From positions 3,794 through 67,793 of the forward strand of contig JADJCX010000018.1 in NCBI GenBank assembly GCA_016703005.1: a DNA stretch of 64,000 nucleotides. Direction: 5' to 3'. How positions within the stretch are numbered: the stretch's first letter is position 1; every line of letters begins with the position of its first letter. Shown here in pieces: positions 39,773 to 51,665 of this stretch. A model generated the notes under the pieces. It was not told the DNA's origin, ran no database searches, and saw nothing but the letters and a program-made list of their open reading frames with translations. A program made the position numbers and the translations under genes. The DNA comes from Flavobacteriales bacterium (GTDB lineage Bacteria; Bacteroidota; Bacteroidia; Flavobacteriales_F; PHOS-HE28).

Positions 39773-40918
39773 ATGCAATTCACCACTTCCGAGAACCAGG
39801 TCATGATCGCGCAAGCGGTGCGCGACCTCTGCGAACGCAAGATCCGTCCGAACATCATGGAGTTGGACGAGAGTCAGCACTTCCCCAAGAAGCTCTTCAC
39901 CGATCACTTCGGCCCTGCGGGCATGCTCGGTGTGTTCGTGCCGGAGGAGTATGGCGGCGCGGGTTTGGGTTATCACGAGTACGTGGACACCATTGTGGAA
40001 GTCTCGCGCATCTGCGGCAGTATCGGCCTCAGCGTGGCCGCGCACAACAGCTTGGCTACCGGCCACATCAACTATTTCGGCAACCACGAGCAGAAGAAAA
40101 AGTGGCTCACCAAACTCGCCACCGGCGAATGGCTGGGCGCGTGGGCGCTCACCGAGCCCAACACCGGCAGCGACGCCATGCGCATGAAGTGCACGGCGAA
40201 GAAAGACGGCAAGGATTGGGTGATCAACGGCACCAAGTGCTGGATCACGCACGGCATCAGCAGCGATGTGATGGTGGCTATTGTACGCACCGGCGAACTG
40301 CTCGATAGCAAGGGCATGACGGCATTCGTCATCGAACGCGGCACACCCGGGTCGAAGGCCGGCAAGAAGGAGAACAAGCTCGGCATGCGTGCCAGCGAAA
40401 CAGCCGAAGTGATCTTCGAGGATTGCCGCGTCTCTGAGGACAACGTGCTCGGCAACGTGGGCGAAGGCTTCCAGCAAGCCATGAAGGTGCTCGATGGTGG
40501 TCGCATCAGCATTGCCGCCCTCAGCCTCGGCATTGCCAAAGGCGCCTTCGATGCCAGCGTGAAGTACGCCAAGGAGCGCCAGCAGTTCGGGCAGCCCATT
40601 GCCAACTTCCAGGGCATCAGCTTCAAACTGGCCGACATGGCCACGCGCATCGAAGCCGCCGAGCTGCTCATCCGCCAAGCCAGCGACATGAAGAACGCCG
40701 GCAAGAAGATGACCAAGGAGAGCGCCATGGCCAAGTATTACGCCAGCGAGGTAGCGGTGTACTGCGGCAACGAGGGCGTGCAGATCTTCGGCGGCTACGG
40801 CTACACCAAGGACTTCCCCGTGGAGAAGTTCTACCGCGACAGCAAGCTCTGCACCATTGGTGAGGGTACCAGTGAGGTGCAGAAGATGGTGATCGGTAGG
40901 GAGGTGTTGAAGGGGTAG
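39773..40918 (+). CDS. acyl-CoA dehydrogenase
   Basis: 381 aa. GAWALTEPNTGSDA and QIFGGYGYTKDFPVEKFYRDSK motifs typical of ACAD. Confidence 0.85.
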   Translation: MQFTTSENQVMIAQAVRDLCERKIRPNIMELDESQHFPKKLFTDHFGPAGMLGVFVPEEYGGAGLGYHEYVDTIVEVSRICGSIGLSVAAHNSLATGHINYFGNHEQKKKWLTKLATGEWLGAWALTEPNTGSDAMRMKCTAKKDGKDWVINGTKCWITHGISSDVMVAIVRTGELLDSKGMTAFVIERGTPGSKAGKKENKLGMRASETAEVIFEDCRVSEDNVLGNVGEGFQQAMKVLDGGRISIAALSLGIAKGAFDASVKYAKERQQFGQPIANFQGISFKLADMATRIEAAELLIRQASDMKNAGKKMTKESAMAKYYASEVAVYCGNEGVQIFGGYGYTKDFPVEKFYRDSKLCTIGEGTSEVQKMVIGREVLKG

Positions 40919-41007
40919 GTGGGGGCTGAGAGACGATTCTTCAATGTGCAATTGCCCGGATCAATCCCCCGCCTATATTTGCCGCCCCATTACAGAAAAC
41001 GACGCGC

Positions 41008-41199
41008 ATGCTGATCATCCCGGTAAAGGAAGGCGAGGCCATCGACAAGGCCCTCAAGAAATTCAAGAAGAAGTACGAGAAAACCGGCGTGCTTCGTGCG
41101 TTGCGCAAGCGCAAGGCCTACGTAAAGCCCAGCGTGGAACGTCGCAAGGAGATCATCCGCGCGGTGTACAAGACCGAGATGTTCCGCAACGAGGAATAG
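41008..41199 (+). CDS. rpsU: 30S ribosomal protein S21
   Basis: 63 aa. MLIIPVKEGEAIDKALKKFKKKYEKTG ... matches Bacteroidota S21. Confidence 0.85.
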   Translation: MLIIPVKEGEAIDKALKKFKKKYEKTGVLRALRKRKAYVKPSVERRKEIIRAVYKTEMFRNEE

Positions 41200-41257
41200 T
41201 ACCAACCTGTGAGCTGTCAATATGTTGCAAGTCCCGTTGAAGGGGACAAGGCCAGCC

Positions 41258-42178
41258 ATGGTCTTGTCCCCTTCTTTGTTTTCCATGCTGTTGCAGCGCT
41301 TCATAGAGCACCTTACCTACGAGCGGCGCAGCAGTCCGCACACCGTATTGGCCTACCAGCGCGATCTGGGGCAACTGGCGGCTTACATCAAAGAGAAGAC
41401 CGGCAAGGAAGGGGCGGAGCATGCCGATGACCGCACCGTGCGGTCGTGGATGATGCACCTGCTGGAGCGCGGCGATTCGGCGCGTACCGTCAACCGGAAA
41501 CTCAGTGCTGTGCGGGCGTTCTTCCGCTTTGCCCGCACCGTGGGCAGTGCGGATAGCGATCCCACGGCGCTCATTGAGCCGCCGAAGACCCCTAAGCGCT
41601 TACCGGAATTCATTGAGGAAGGGCGCATGGCTGCTGTGTTCACGGGAGATGAAGCCGCGCTCACCTTCAAAGGCCTTACGGACCGCACCGTGCTCGAACT
41701 GCTCTATGGCACCGGCATGCGTTTGGCCGAGCTCTTGGGCCTGCGTCCGGGCGATGTGGACACGGCCTCGCGCACCTTGCGGGTACTGGGCAAACGGAAC
41801 AAGGAACGCATCATTCCGCTCAGCGACCACTTGGCCCATGTGTTGATAACCTACCTGAATGCCCGGAAAGTCGCTCTGGGTGGGGAGTCTGTTGCATTGC
41901 CCCTGTTGGTATCCGAAACCGGTGAACCCGTGGCAAGAAGAAGCGTACAACGTACCGTGGAACGCTACCTTAGCAGGGCCACCACGCAACGAAAACGCAG
42001 TCCGCACGTTTTGAGACACACCTTCGCAACACACCTTCTGAACAACGGCGCCGATCTGAACGCCGTGAAGGAATTGCTGGGGCACGCCAACCTCGCTGCA
42101 ACGCAGGTGTACACGCACAACACTGTGGAGAAACTGCGCAACGCACACCGGAAGGCCCACCCGCGCGGTGGCGAATGA
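41258..42178 (+). CDS. tyrosine site-specific recombinase XerD/XerC-like
   Basis: N-terminal SAM-like domain (FIEHLTYERRSSPHTVLAYQRDL). Catalytic motifs R ... HVLRHTFATHLL ... GHANLAATQVYTH. The conserved rpsU-xer arrangement. The start is uncertain (41222 to 41282). Confidence 0.75.
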   Translation: MVLSPSLFSMLLQRFIEHLTYERRSSPHTVLAYQRDLGQLAAYIKEKTGKEGAEHADDRTVRSWMMHLLERGDSARTVNRKLSAVRAFFRFARTVGSADSDPTALIEPPKTPKRLPEFIEEGRMAAVFTGDEAALTFKGLTDRTVLELLYGTGMRLAELLGLRPGDVDTASRTLRVLGKRNKERIIPLSDHLAHVLITYLNARKVALGGESVALPLLVSETGEPVARRSVQRTVERYLSRATTQRKRSPHVLRHTFATHLLNNGADLNAVKELLGHANLAATQVYTHNTVEKLRNAHRKAHPRGGE

Positions 42179-42209
42179 CCACGACACAACGAACCAAATT
42201 TCCCAGAAC

Positions 42210-42518
42210 ATGAACGTGCAAGTCCAGTCCATCCATTTCGATGCCGACCAGAAGCTCATCGCCTTCATCCAGGAAAAACTCGGCAAACTCACCCTCTTCC
42301 ACGACCGGATTATGAATGCGGAGGTCTTCCTGAAGATCGACAAGGACACCAGTAATCGGGAGAACAAAGTGGCCGAACTGCGGTTGACCGTGCCCGGTCG
42401 CGATTTGTTCAGCCAGCGTCGCAGCAAGACTTTCGAAGAAGCCGTGGACCAAGCTACAGAGGCGCTGCGGCGCCAGATGGAGCGCACCAAAGCGGTGCTG
42501 TTGCGCAAGGCTTCTTAA
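42210..42518 (+). CDS. hpf: ribosome hibernation promoting factor (HPF/RaiA)
   Basis: MNVQVQSIHFDADQKLIAFIQEKLGKL ... is the sigma-54 modulation / S30EA family signature. Roughly 100 aa. Confidence 0.75.
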   Translation: MNVQVQSIHFDADQKLIAFIQEKLGKLTLFHDRIMNAEVFLKIDKDTSNRENKVAELRLTVPGRDLFSQRRSKTFEEAVDQATEALRRQMERTKAVLLRKAS

Positions 42519-42551
42519 CGAGCACTTTTGCCGGTGGAACACCGGCTGGAA

Positions 42552-42580
42552 CGACGGCCAAGGAATTTCCTTGGCCGTCG
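42552..42580 (+). terminator. long perfect hairpin after hpf (terminator-like)
   Basis: cgacggccaaggaa / ttccttggccgtcg inverted repeat with a weak downstream T tract. Confidence 0.4.
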
Positions 42581-42673
42581 GCGTTTGGTGCAACCGAACT
42601 AATCCTACATTTGCAGTCCTTTTTCCGGACGAGTGCCCGGATGAAGGGCTGTAGTTCTTTCTCTTGCTGTACC

Positions 42674-42747
42674 TGCCAATGTAGCTCAGCCGGCTAGAGC
42701 AGCTGATTTGTAATCAGCAGGTCGTGGGTTCGAGTCCCTCCATTGGC
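42674..42747 (+). tRNA. tRNA-Thr (anticodon TGT)
   Basis: Acceptor stem gccaatg/cattggc. Anticodon loop tttgtaa. T-loop ggttcgagtcc. Confidence 0.85.
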
Positions 42748-42762
42748 TCCTTGCGCCGATCA

Positions 42763-42848
42763 AGGGGAGATACCCAAGTGGCCAACGGGGGCAGACTGTA
42801 AATCTGCTGCTTCACAGCTTCACAGGTTCGAATCCTGTTCTCCCCACC
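42763..42848 (+). tRNA. tRNA-Tyr (anticodon GTA) with long variable arm, CCA encoded
   Basis: Acceptor ggggaga/tctcccc. Anticodon loop gactgtaaatc. Long extra arm. 3' acca. Confidence 0.85.
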
Positions 42849-42903
42849 ACAAGGAGCCACACCTCTTTGGGACGACCGGCCGGATATGGGCGAATGGATC
42901 AAC

Positions 42904-42979
42904 GCGGGAGTAGCTCAGTTGGTAGAGCATCAGCCTTCCAAGCTGAATGTCGCGGGTTCGAATCTCGTCTCCCGCTCCA
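42904..42979 (+). tRNA. tRNA-Gly (anticodon TCC), CCA encoded
   Basis: Acceptor gcgggag/ctcccgc. Anticodon loop cttccaa. T-loop ggttcgaatc. Confidence 0.85.
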
Positions 42980-43073
42980 ATCCGCAGAAGTGCGCCGTAA
43001 GGCGTACGAAAGTGGATCGCGATGAAAGACCGGGCGCATGGGCGCACGGTCAATGGAAAGAAAGGAAGGATCG

Positions 43074-43145
<72 letters not shown>

Positions 43146-43276
43146 CAATCGGCAGAAACGCAATTCCCCGAGGATCGGTGGAAGTGCAGGTACAGTAGTA
43201 GAACGCGCACAGCGATCAGGCACCGCAACATCAACAACAAATCAACCCGATAGGTTCGGGAGCAAACACCGAGATC

Positions 43277-44464
43277 ATGGCAAAGGAGACTTTCAAGAGG
43301 GACAAACCCCACGTGAACGTGGGCACCATCGGCCACGTTGACCACGGCAAGACAACGTTGACAGCAGCGATCACCACCGTGCTGGCCTCCAAGGGCCTCA
43401 GCGAGGTGCGCAGCTTCGACTCGATCGACAATGCTCCTGAGGAGAAAGAGCGTGGTATTACCATCAATACCGCACACGTAGAGTACTCAACAGCCAACCG
43501 TCACTACGCGCACGTTGACTGCCCAGGCCACGCTGACTATGTGAAGAACATGGTTACGGGTGCCGCCCAGATGGACGGTGCCATCCTGGTGGTTGCCGCT
43601 ACGGACGGCCCTATGCCGCAGACCCGTGAGCACATTCTGCTCGGCCGCCAAGTAGGTGTGCCCCGCATCGTGGTGTTCATGAACAAGGTGGATATGGTGG
43701 ACGACGTCGAGTTGCTCGACCTCGTTGAAATGGAGATCCGCGAGTTGCTGTCGTTCTACAGCTACGACGGCGACAACACGCCTATCATCCGTGGTAGCGC
43801 TCTCGGCGCCCTCAATGGCGAAGCCAAGTGGGTGGACGAGCTGATGAAGCTGATGGATGCTGTTGATACCTACATCGAACTGCCTGTTCGTGCGGTGGAC
43901 AAGCCTTTCCTGATGAGCGTGGAGGACGTGTTCTCCATCACCGGTCGTGGTACGGTTGCAACCGGCCGTATCGAAGCAGGTGTGATCAACACCGGCGACG
44001 AAGTGGACATCATCGGCATGATGAGCGAGAAACTCAAGAGCACCTGCACGGGTGTGGAGATGTTCCGCAAGATTCTGGATCGTGGCGAGGCTGGCGACAA
44101 CGTCGGTATCCTCCTCCGCGGTATTGAAAAAGACCAGATCCGTCGCGGTATGGTTATCGCCAAGCCGGGCAGCATCACCCCGCACTTGCACTTCAAAGCC
44201 GAGGTTTACGTGCTGAAGAAGGAAGAGGGTGGCCGTCACACGCCGTTCCACAACAAGTACCGTCCGCAGTTCTATTTCCGCACCACCGACGTAACCGGCG
44301 AGATCACGCTGGAAGCCGGTCGCGAAATGGTGATGCCGGGCGATAACGTAACGATCGACGTAAGCCTGATCCAACCGATCGCCATGGACAAGGGCCTCCG
44401 CTTCGCTATCCGCGAAGGTGGCCGTACCGTGGGTGCCGGTCAGGTAACCGAGATCCTGAAGTAA
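43277..44464 (+). CDS. tuf: elongation factor Tu
   Basis: 395 aa. [17 protein letters not shown] and NKVD GTPase motifs. Confidence 0.95.
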   Translation: MAKETFKRDKPHVNVGTIGHVDHGKTTLTAAITTVLASKGLSEVRSFDSIDNAPEEKERGITINTAHVEYSTANRHYAHVDCPGHADYVKNMVTGAAQMDGAILVVAATDGPMPQTREHILLGRQVGVPRIVVFMNKVDMVDDVELLDLVEMEIRELLSFYSYDGDNTPIIRGSALGALNGEAKWVDELMKLMDAVDTYIELPVRAVDKPFLMSVEDVFSITGRGTVATGRIEAGVINTGDEVDIIGMMSEKLKSTCTGVEMFRKILDRGEAGDNVGILLRGIEKDQIRRGMVIAKPGSITPHLHFKAEVYVLKKEEGGRHTPFHNKYRPQFYFRTTDVTGEITLEAGREMVMPGDNVTIDVSLIQPIAMDKGLRFAIREGGRTVGAGQVTEILK

Positions 44465-44481
44465 CAACCACCATTGGTAGT

Positions 44482-44505
44482 GGGGGCCCGACTTGTCGGG
44501 CCCCC
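44482..44505 (+). promoter_or_regulatory. GC-rich hairpin between tuf and tRNA-Trp (processing/terminator-like, no T tract)
   Basis: gggggcccg-acttgt-cgggccccc perfect 9-bp stem. Confidence 0.35.
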
Positions 44506-44534
44506 TGCTACCGAAGGCTAACCAACAAGAACGA

Positions 44535-44610
44535 ACGGGTGTAGCTCAATTGGTAGAGCGACGGTCTCCAAAACCGTAGGCTGCGGGTTCGATTCCTGCC
44601 ACCCGTGCCA
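44535..44610 (+). tRNA. tRNA-Trp (anticodon CCA), CCA encoded
   Basis: Acceptor acgggtg/cacccgt. Anticodon loop tctccaaaacc. Conserved position between tuf and secE. Confidence 0.85.
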
Positions 44611-44633
44611 AGCACCCATCACCGAACATCAAC

Positions 44634-44867
44634 GTGGCCAACTTCAAGACATACCTCGAAGAGTCCTACAACGAGCTGGTCAACAAAGTCAGTTGGCCTA
44701 CGTGGAAGGAACTGCAGGGCAGCGCCATCGTGGTGCTCGTATCGGCCATGATCCTTGCGTTGCTGGTGTTCGTCATGGACTACATCTTCGGCGCCCAGAA
44801 CATGGGCCAAGGCAATACGGCCTTCTGGAAAGGAATGGTCGGGTTCATTTACACTCTGTTCCAATAG
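44634..44867 (+). CDS. secE: preprotein translocase subunit SecE
   Basis: 77 aa. Single C-terminal TM segment. Position before nusG. Confidence 0.8.
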   Translation: MANFKTYLEESYNELVNKVSWPTWKELQGSAIVVLVSAMILALLVFVMDYIFGAQNMGQGNTAFWKGMVGFIYTLFQ

Positions 44868-44874
44868 TCCCAAA

Positions 44875-45429
44875 ATGGCAGAGGTAGCAACGAAGAAGTG
44901 GTACGTGGTCCGCGCCATCTCCGGTAAGGAGAAGAAGGTGAAGGAGATGATCGATCTGGAAGTGAAGCGTTCCAACATGGGGACGTACATCAGCCAGGTG
45001 CTCATCCCCATGGAGAAGTTCTACCAGATCCGCGAGGGCAAGAAGGTGAGCAAAGAGCGCAACTTCTTCCCGGGTTACGTGCTGATCGAAGCGGACCTCA
45101 CCGGCGAGATCGCACACACCTTGAAGCAACTGCCCAACGTGATCGGTTTCCTCGGCAGCGAAAAGGGCGGCGATGCCGTTCCCTTGCGCATGAGCGAAGT
45201 GAACCGGATCCTCGGAAAGGTGGATGAACTGGCTGAGAGCACTGAAGCGAACAACAACCCTTACCACGTTGGTGAAGGTGTGAAGGTGATCGATGGTCCC
45301 TTCAATGGCTTCAACGGCGTGATCGAGGAGATCAACGAAGAGAAGAAGAAACTGAAAGTGATGGTGAAGATCTTCGGGCGTAAGACCCCGCTGGAACTGA
45401 GCTTCATGCAAGTTGAGAAAGAATCGTAA
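44875..45429 (+). CDS. nusG: transcription termination/antitermination factor NusG
   Basis: KKWYVVRAISGKEKKV NGN domain. C-terminal KOW (GEGVKVIDGPFNGFNGVIEEI). Confidence 0.9.
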   Translation: MAEVATKKWYVVRAISGKEKKVKEMIDLEVKRSNMGTYISQVLIPMEKFYQIREGKKVSKERNFFPGYVLIEADLTGEIAHTLKQLPNVIGFLGSEKGGDAVPLRMSEVNRILGKVDELAESTEANNNPYHVGEGVKVIDGPFNGFNGVIEEINEEKKKLKVMVKIFGRKTPLELSFMQVEKES

Positions 45430-45523
45430 GGGCGACGTTCACGTCGCCCACTTTGAAAGGATAGAGAAAGGAAACCCGTCCGAGCCCTGACCAAGGGCGC
45501 TAGAGGACACAAATTCGAAAGCA

Positions 45524-45970
45524 ATGGCAAAGGAGATCGGAGCTCTGGTGAAGCTCCAAGTAAAAGGAGGGGCGGCGAACCCCTCACCGCCCATCGGCCC
45601 GGCATTGGGTGCGAAAGGCGTTAACATCATGGAGTTCTGCAAGCAGTTCAATGCTCGCACGCAGGACAAGGCAGGCAAAGTCCTCCCCGTGGTGATCACC
45701 GTGTACGTCGACAAGTCGTTCGACTTCGTGATCAAAACACCGCCCGCCGCGGTGCAGATCATCGATGCAGCCAAGATCAAAGGCGGCAGCGGAACCCCGA
45801 ACAGCAAGAAGGTGGGTACCATCAACTGGGAGCAGGTGAAAGCCATTGCCCTCGACAAGATGCCCGACCTGAACTGCTTCACCGAGGAAAGCGCAATGCG
45901 CATGGTGGCCGGTACGGCCCGCAGCATGGGCGTTACGGTTACCGGTGCAAACCCATTCGAAAAAGCCTGA
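45524..45970 (+). CDS. rplK: 50S ribosomal protein L11
   Basis: 148 aa. [34 protein letters not shown]. Confidence 0.95.
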   Translation: MAKEIGALVKLQVKGGAANPSPPIGPALGAKGVNIMEFCKQFNARTQDKAGKVLPVVITVYVDKSFDFVIKTPPAAVQIIDAAKIKGGSGTPNSKKVGTINWEQVKAIALDKMPDLNCFTEESAMRMVAGTARSMGVTVTGANPFEKA

Positions 45971-45974
45971 ACCC

Positions 45975-46671
45975 ATGCCGACCCTGAGCAAGAAGCGCAA
46001 GGCCGCCATGGCCAAGTTCGATAGCACGAAGAGCTACAACCTCGCAGAGGCCACCAGCATCGTGAAGCAAGTGAGCACCACCAAGTTCGATGCAACGGTC
46101 GATATCGCCGTGCGCCTTGGTGTTGATCCGAAGAAAAGCACCGAAATGGTGCGTGGTACGGTGAGCCTGCCCCATGGCACCGGCCGTACTGTGAAGGTGC
46201 TGGTGCTCGCTGACCCCGCCAAGTGCGAGGAGGCGATGGCCGCTGGTGCCGACATGGCCGGATTGGACGAGTACGTGGAGAAGATCAAGGGCGGTTGGAC
46301 CAATGTGGATGTGATCATCTGCACGCCCGCCGTGATGGCCAAAGTGGGAGCGCTGGGCCGTGTGCTCGGTCCCCGTGGCCTGATGCCCAAACCCAAAGAC
46401 CGGTACCGTTACCATGGACGTGGCCAAGGCCGTGAAAGAGGTGAAGGCCGGTAAGATCGACTTCAAGGTGGACAAGGCCGGCATCATCCACGCGGTGATC
46501 GGCAAGGCCAGCTTCGACGCCGTGAAACTGAGCGAGAACGCGAACGAACTGTTGCAGACCCTGCTGAAGCTGAAGCCCAGCACCAGCAAAGGGGTTTACA
46601 TCAGGAGCATTTGCATCAGCAGCACCATGAGCCCTGGTGTTCTTGTGGACGCAAGGACCGTAGCCAACTAA
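45975..46671 (+). CDS. rplA: 50S ribosomal protein L1; reading frame broken near 46397
   Basis: Two collinear ORFs (... [10 protein letters not shown] / [26 protein letters not shown] ...). The junction lies at cccaaagaccggtacc. Confidence 0.85.
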
Positions 46672-46713
46672 ACATGTACGGGCCGATGATCATCGGCCCC
46701 AACGATCTTCCAC

Positions 46714-47247
46714 ATGAACCGCACAGAGAAAGACAGCATGATCAATGAGCTCGTAGGTGAGCTCAGCGAGGCCAACGTGTTCTACCTCACCGATAGCTCG
46801 GCCATGACGGCCGAACAGACCAGCAAGCTGCGTCGCGCCATGTTCACCAGCGGCATCCGTATGCGCGTTGTGAAGAACACGCTGCTGCGCAAAGCACTGG
46901 AGCGCGTAGAAGGCAAGGACTACAGCGAACTGTACCCCACACTCGTTGGCCAAACGGCACTGCTCTTCGCACAGAAGGGTAATGCACCGGCCAAAGTGAT
47001 CTCCGATTTCCGCAGGAAGAGCCCCAAGCCCGTGCTGAAAAGCGCGTGGATCGATGAGGCCATCTTCGTTGGCGACGACCAATTGGCCATCCTCACCGCC
47101 TTGAAGGGCAAAGAGGAGCTGATCGGCGACATCATTGCATTGCTCCAAAGCCCGCTCAAGAACGTTATCAGCGCCCTGCAAGGCGGTGGTGGCCACAAGA
47201 TCGCAGGCTTGGTAAAATCATTGGAAGAACGCGCAGCAAAAGCCTGA
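46714..47247 (+). CDS. rplJ: 50S ribosomal protein L10
   Basis: 177 aa. Position between rplA and rpl[21 protein letters not shown]. Confidence 0.9.
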   Translation: MNRTEKDSMINELVGELSEANVFYLTDSSAMTAEQTSKLRRAMFTSGIRMRVVKNTLLRKALERVEGKDYSELYPTLVGQTALLFAQKGNAPAKVISDFRRKSPKPVLKSAWIDEAIFVGDDQLAILTALKGKEELIGDIIALLQSPLKNVISALQGGGGHKIAGLVKSLEERAAKA

Positions 47248-47305
47248 CGCACTTCCTGAACCCGTTACGCACTTCCACACAAGAAATCTCAACAACCCGA
47301 ATAAC

Positions 47306-47683
47306 ATGGCAGACGTGAAATCACTGGGCGACACCCTCGTGGGCCTCACCGTGAAAGAGGTGAGCGAACTCGCTCAATACCTGAAGGATACTTATGGCAT
47401 CGAGCCTGCTGCTGCTGCTGTTGCAGTTGCTGCTGGTGGTGGTGCTGGCGGTGGCGAAGCCGCTGCAGCCAAGACCAGCTTCGACGTGATCCTGAAGTCA
47501 GGTGGCCAGAGCAAACTGGCCGTGGTGAAGCTCGTGAAGGAGCTTACCGGCCTGGGCCTGAAGGAGGCAAAAGACCTCGTTGACGGTGCTCCGAAGCCGC
47601 TGAAGGAAGGTGTTTCCAAAGAGGAAGCCGAGAGCCTGAAGCAGCAACTGACGGAAGCCGGCGCCGAAGTTGAGGTTAAGTAA
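47306..47683 (+). CDS. rplL: 50S ribosomal protein L7/L12
   Basis: 125 aa. Ala-rich hinge. C-terminal domain [35 protein letters not shown]. Confidence 0.95.
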   Translation: MADVKSLGDTLVGLTVKEVSELAQYLKDTYGIEPAAAAVAVAAGGGAGGGEAAAAKTSFDVILKSGGQSKLAVVKLVKELTGLGLKEAKDLVDGAPKPLKEGVSKEEAESLKQQLTEAGAEVEVK

Positions 47684-47712
47684 GCACCTCCGCGCCAAGC
47701 ATTGAGCAGGCC

Positions 47713-47733
47713 GGACCGCTGAAGGAGCGGTCC
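47713..47733 (+). promoter_or_regulatory. rplL-rpoB intergenic hairpin (partial terminator/attenuator)
   Basis: ggaccgct-gaagg-agcggtcc 8-bp stem. No strong T tract. Lies in the classical attenuator position. Confidence 0.4.
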
Positions 47734-47800
47734 GTGCCTGCCTGCGGCGTTTATGCCGTACCACGTATTTCCTCCTTCACTTCAACCCCGATCGCATCCC

Positions 47801-50800
47801 ATGGCCCAGGCGAAGACCAGCACCACCAAGAAGAACAAGCGCATCGATTTCGGGTCGAACTTGCTCTCGAAAGACTACCCCGACTTCCTTGATATCCAGC
47901 TCAAGAGCTTCGAGGAGTTTTTCCAGATCGAGACCCTCCCGGAGAACCGTTCGCACGAAGGTCTTTTCAAGACTTTCCAAGAGAACTTCCCCATTACCGA
48001 TACGCGCAACCAGTTCGTACTGGAATTCCTCGATTATTTCATCGACCCGCCCCGGTATAGCATCGATGAGTGCATCGAGCGTGGTCTTACCTACAGCGTT
48101 CCGCTGAAGGCCAAGCTGAAGCTGTACTGCACCGATCCCGAACACGAGGATTTCGAAACCATCGTGCAGGACGTTTATCTGGGCCAGATCCCCTACATGA
48201 CCCCCAAGGGCTCGTTCGTTGTGAACGGGGCCGAGCGTGTGGTCGTTAGCCAATTGCACCGTAGCCCGGGCGTGTTCTTCGGCCAAAGCCGCCACGCCAA
48301 CGGCACCAAACTGTACAGCGCCCGTGTCATCCCTTTCAAAGGGTCGTGGATCGAATTCGCCACGGACATCAACGGCGTGATGTACGCATACATCGATCGT
48401 AAGAAGAAGTTGCCGGTGACCACGCTGTTGCGTGCCATCGGTTTTGAGAGTGATAAACAGATCCTGGAGATCTTCGGCTTGGCCGATGAGATCAAGGTGA
48501 CCAAGGCCGCGCTGAAGGAAAGCGTGGGCCGCAAGCTGGCTGCTCGTGTATTGAAGACCTGGGTAGAGGACTTCGTGGACGAGGACACCGGCGAGGTGGT
48601 GAGCATTGAGCGGAACGAAGTGCTGATCGATCGTGAAACGATCATCGAAGAGCACCACGTGGAGATGATCGCGGAGAGCGGTGCCAAAACCGTGATCCTG
48701 CACAAGAAGGAGATCAACGCCGCCGACTACGCGCTGATCTATAACACCCTGCAAAAGGACACCTCGAACAGCGAGAAAGAAGCTGTGGAAGTGATCTACC
48801 GCCAATTGCGGAATGCGGAACCACCCGATATCGAAACAGCCCGCGGCGTGATCGACAAACTGTTCTTCAGCGAACAGCGTTACGACCTCGGTGAAGTGGG
48901 TCGTTACCGGATCAATAAGAAACTCGGTCTCGAGAGCGAACTGAGCGTTCGCGTACTGACCAAAGAGGACATCATCAGCATCATCAAGTTCCTGATCGAA
49001 CTGGTGAACGTGAAGGCCGATGTGGACGATATCGACCACTTGAGCAACCGTCGGGTGCGTACCGTGGGCGAGCAGTTGCACGCACAGTTCGGCGTAGGCC
49101 TGGCCCGTATGGCCCGCACCATCCGCGAGCGCATGAACGTGCGCGACAACGAGGTGTTCACGCCGACCGATCTGATCAATGCCAAAACCCTGAGCTCGGT
49201 GATCAACTCGTTCTTCGGAACGAACCAGTTGAGCCAGTTCATGGACCAGACGAACCCACTGGCCGAGATCACCCACAAGCGTCGTATGTCGGCACTCGGG
49301 CCCGGAGGTCTGAGCCGCGAACGCGCCGGCTTCGAAGTACGTGACGTTCACTACACGCACTACGGCCGCCTCTGCACGATCGAGACGCCTGAAGGACCGA
49401 ACAACGGTTTGATCAGCAGCTTGTGCGTGTACAGCAAGATCAACAGCCTCGGCTTCATCGAGACGCCATATCGCCACGTGAAAGCGGGCAAGGTGGATCT
49501 GAAGAGCGAGGTGGTTTACCTCACCGCTGAGGAAGAGGACAACAAGATGATCGCTCAGGCCAACGCCTTGGTGAATGAAGATGGTACGTTCGAAGGGCAT
49601 CGGGTGAAAGCGCGCCTCATGGGCGACTTCCCTGTGGTGGAGCCTACCGAACTGCACTTGATGGACGTGGCGCCGAACCAGATCGCGTCGATCGCAGCGT
49701 CGTTGATCCCGTTCCTGGAGCACAACGATGCCAACCGTGCGCTCATGGGATCGAACATGATGCGTCAAGCCGTGCCGCTGCTGCGGCCCGAGGCCCCGAT
49801 CGTGGGTACCGGCTTGGAAGAACTGGTTGCACGCGACAGCCGTGTGCTATTGACCGCGGAAGGCGAAGGCACTGTGAAATACGTGGACAGCGATCGCATC
49901 CTGATCGAATACAAGCGTACCGAAGACCAACGCACCGTAAGCTTCGAAGGGGACGAGAAAGAGTACAAGCTCACCAAGTTCCTGAAGACCAACCAAAGCA
50001 CTTGCATGAACCTGCGCCCATTGGTGCGCAAGGGTGATAAGGTGACAGCGGGCCAGACGCTCTGCGAAGGCTACGGCACACAGGACGGTGAGCTGGCTAT
50101 CGGCCGGAACCTCGTTGTGGCGTTCATGCCATGGAAGGGGAACAACTTCGAGGATGCTATCGTGCTCAGCGAGCGCGTGAGCCGCGAGGACGTGTTCACC
50201 TCGATCCACATCGACGAGTACAACATGGAGGTGCGCGATACCAAGCGTGGCTTGGAGGAACTCACCGCCGATATCCCGAACGTTTCGGAAGAAGCGACGA
50301 AGGACCTCGACGAGAACGGCTTGATCCGCATCGGTGCCGAGATCAACGAAGGCGATATCCTCATCGGCAAGATCACACCGAAAGGGGAGACCGATCCAAG
50401 CCCGGAGGAAAAACTGCTCCGTGCCATCTTCGGTGATAAGGCTGGTGATGTGAAGGACGCTTCGATGAAAGCGCCTCCAAGCACCAAGGGTATTGTCATC
50501 GACAAGAAACTCTTCAGCCGCGCCATCAAGGACAAGAAGAGCAAGGGCAACGAGAAAGGAGTTCTGGAGGCCATCGACAAGGATTACGACAAGGAGCTCG
50601 CGACCTTGAAGGATCTCCTCGTGGAGAAGATGATGAAGTTCATGGGTGGTCTCACCTGCAACGGCATCTTCAACAAGTACAAGGAGGAGATGGTGAAGAA
50701 GGGAGCCAAGTTCACGGCCAAGGTGCTACAGGGCATCGACTACGTGACGGTGGACCCCACGGATTGGACGAGCGACAAGAAGACGAACGAACTCGCTCGT

Positions 50801-51646
50801 CAGCTCATCCACAACTACAACATCCGCTACAACGACATCGGTGGTGCTTACAAGCGGAAGAAATTCCAAGTGAGCATCGGCGACGAATTGCCAGCAGGTA
50901 TCGTGAAACTGGCGAAAGTCTATGTGGCCGCGAAGCGCAAGCTGAGCATCGGCGACAAGATGGCCGGACGTCACGGTAACAAGGGCATTGTGGCGCGTAT
51001 CGTTCGCGATGCCGACATGCCGTACATGGCCGACGGAACACCGGTGGATATCGTTCTGAACCCACTGGGTGTACCAAGCCGCATGAACTTGGGCCAGATC
51101 TATGAGACCGTGCTCGGATGGGCCGGAATGGTACTGGGTCGTAAGTATGCTACGCCGATCTTCGATGGTGCAACGATCGATGAGATCAACGCTGAAAGCG
51201 AGGAAGCCGGTCTGCCACGCAGCGGCAAGATGGACCTATACGATGGTGGTACCGGGGAACGGTTCCACCAGCCCGCTACCGTGGGCGTGATCTACATGCT
51301 GAAGCTCGCCCACATGGTGGATGACAAGATGCACGCGCGTTCCATCGGACCTTACTCGCTCATCACGCAGCAGCCGCTGGGTGGTAAGGCCCAGTTCGGT
51401 GGTCAGCGTTTCGGTGAAATGGAAGTGTGGGCGTTGGAGGCCTTCGGTGCCGCCAACATCCTGCAGGAGATCCTCACCGTGAAGAGCGATGACGTGCAGG
51501 GTCGTGCGAAGGCTTACGAGGCCATCGTCAAAGGCGAACCCATGCCGACCCCGGGTATCCCTGAATCCTTCAACGTGCTTCTCCACGAATTGCGTGGCCT
51601 CACGCTCAACGTGAGCTTGGAGAACACTGAAACCATCAATAACTGA
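47801..51646 (+). CDS. rpoB: DNA-directed RNA polymerase subunit beta
   Basis: Roughly 1280 aa. Many conserved blocks ([38 protein letters not shown], etc.). Confidence 0.95.
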   Translation: MAQAKTSTTKKNKRIDFGSNLLSKDYPDFLDIQLKSFEEFFQIETLPENRSHEGLFKTFQENFPITDTRNQFVLEFLDYFIDPPRYSIDECIERGLTYSVPLKAKLKLYCTDPEHEDFETIVQDVYLGQIPYMTPKGSFVVNGAERVVVSQLHRSPGVFFGQSRHANGTKLYSARVIPFKGSWIEFATDINGVMYAYIDRKKKLPVTTLLRAIGFESDKQILEIFGLADEIKVTKAALKESVGRKLAARVLKTWVEDFVDEDTGEVVSIERNEVLIDRETIIEEHHVEMIAESGAKTVILHKKEINAADYALIYNTLQKDTSNSEKEAVEVIYRQLRNAEPPDIETARGVIDKLFFSEQRYDLGEVGRYRINKKLGLESELSVRVLTKEDIISIIKFLIELVNVKADVDDIDHLSNRRVRTVGEQLHAQFGVGLARMARTIRERMNVRDNEVFTPTDLINAKTLSSVINSFFGTNQLSQFMDQTNPLAEITHKRRMSALGPGGLSRERAGFEVRDVHYTHYGRLCTIETPEGPNNGLISSLCVYSKINSLGFIETPYRHVKAGKVDLKSEVVYLTAEEEDNKMIAQANALVNEDGTFEGHRVKARLMGDFPVVEPTELHLMDVAPNQIASIAASLIPFLEHNDANRALMGSNMMRQAVPLLRPEAPIVGTGLEELVARDSRVLLTAEGEGTVKYVDSDRILIEYKRTEDQRTVSFEGDEKEYKLTKFLKTNQSTCMNLRPLVRKGDKVTAGQTLCEGYGTQDGELAIGRNLVVAFMPWKGNNFEDAIVLSERVSREDVFTSIHIDEYNMEVRDTKRGLEELTADIPNVSEEATKDLDENGLIRIGAEINEGDILIGKITPKGETDPSPEEKLLRAIFGDKAGDVKDASMKAPPSTKGIVIDKKLFSRAIKDKKSKGNEKGVLEAIDKDYDKELATLKDLLVEKMMKFMGGLTCNGIFNKYKEEMVKKGAKFTAKVLQGIDYVTVDPTDWTSDKKTNELARQLIHNYNIRYNDIGGAYKRKKFQVSIGDELPAGIVKLAKVYVAAKRKLSIGDKMAGRHGNKGIVARIVRDADMPYMADGTPVDIVLNPLGVPSRMNLGQIYETVLGWAGMVLGRKYATPIFDGATIDEINAESEEAGLPRSGKMDLYDGGTGERFHQPATVGVIYMLKLAHMVDDKMHARSIGPYSLITQQPLGGKAQFGGQRFGEMEVWALEAFGAANILQEILTVKSDDVQGRAKAYEAIVKGEPMPTPGIPESFNVLLHELRGLTLNVSLENTETINN

Positions 51647-51665
51647 TCGTTCAACAGCACCTACG

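Noticed and set aside
41222-42178. Tyrosine recombinase as evidence of a mobile element or integrated island near the tRNA cluster
   Set aside because: It is the conserved chromosomal XerC/XerD-type recombinase in the rpsU-xer-hpf arrangement, with no flanking att-like repeats or phage or conjugation genes.
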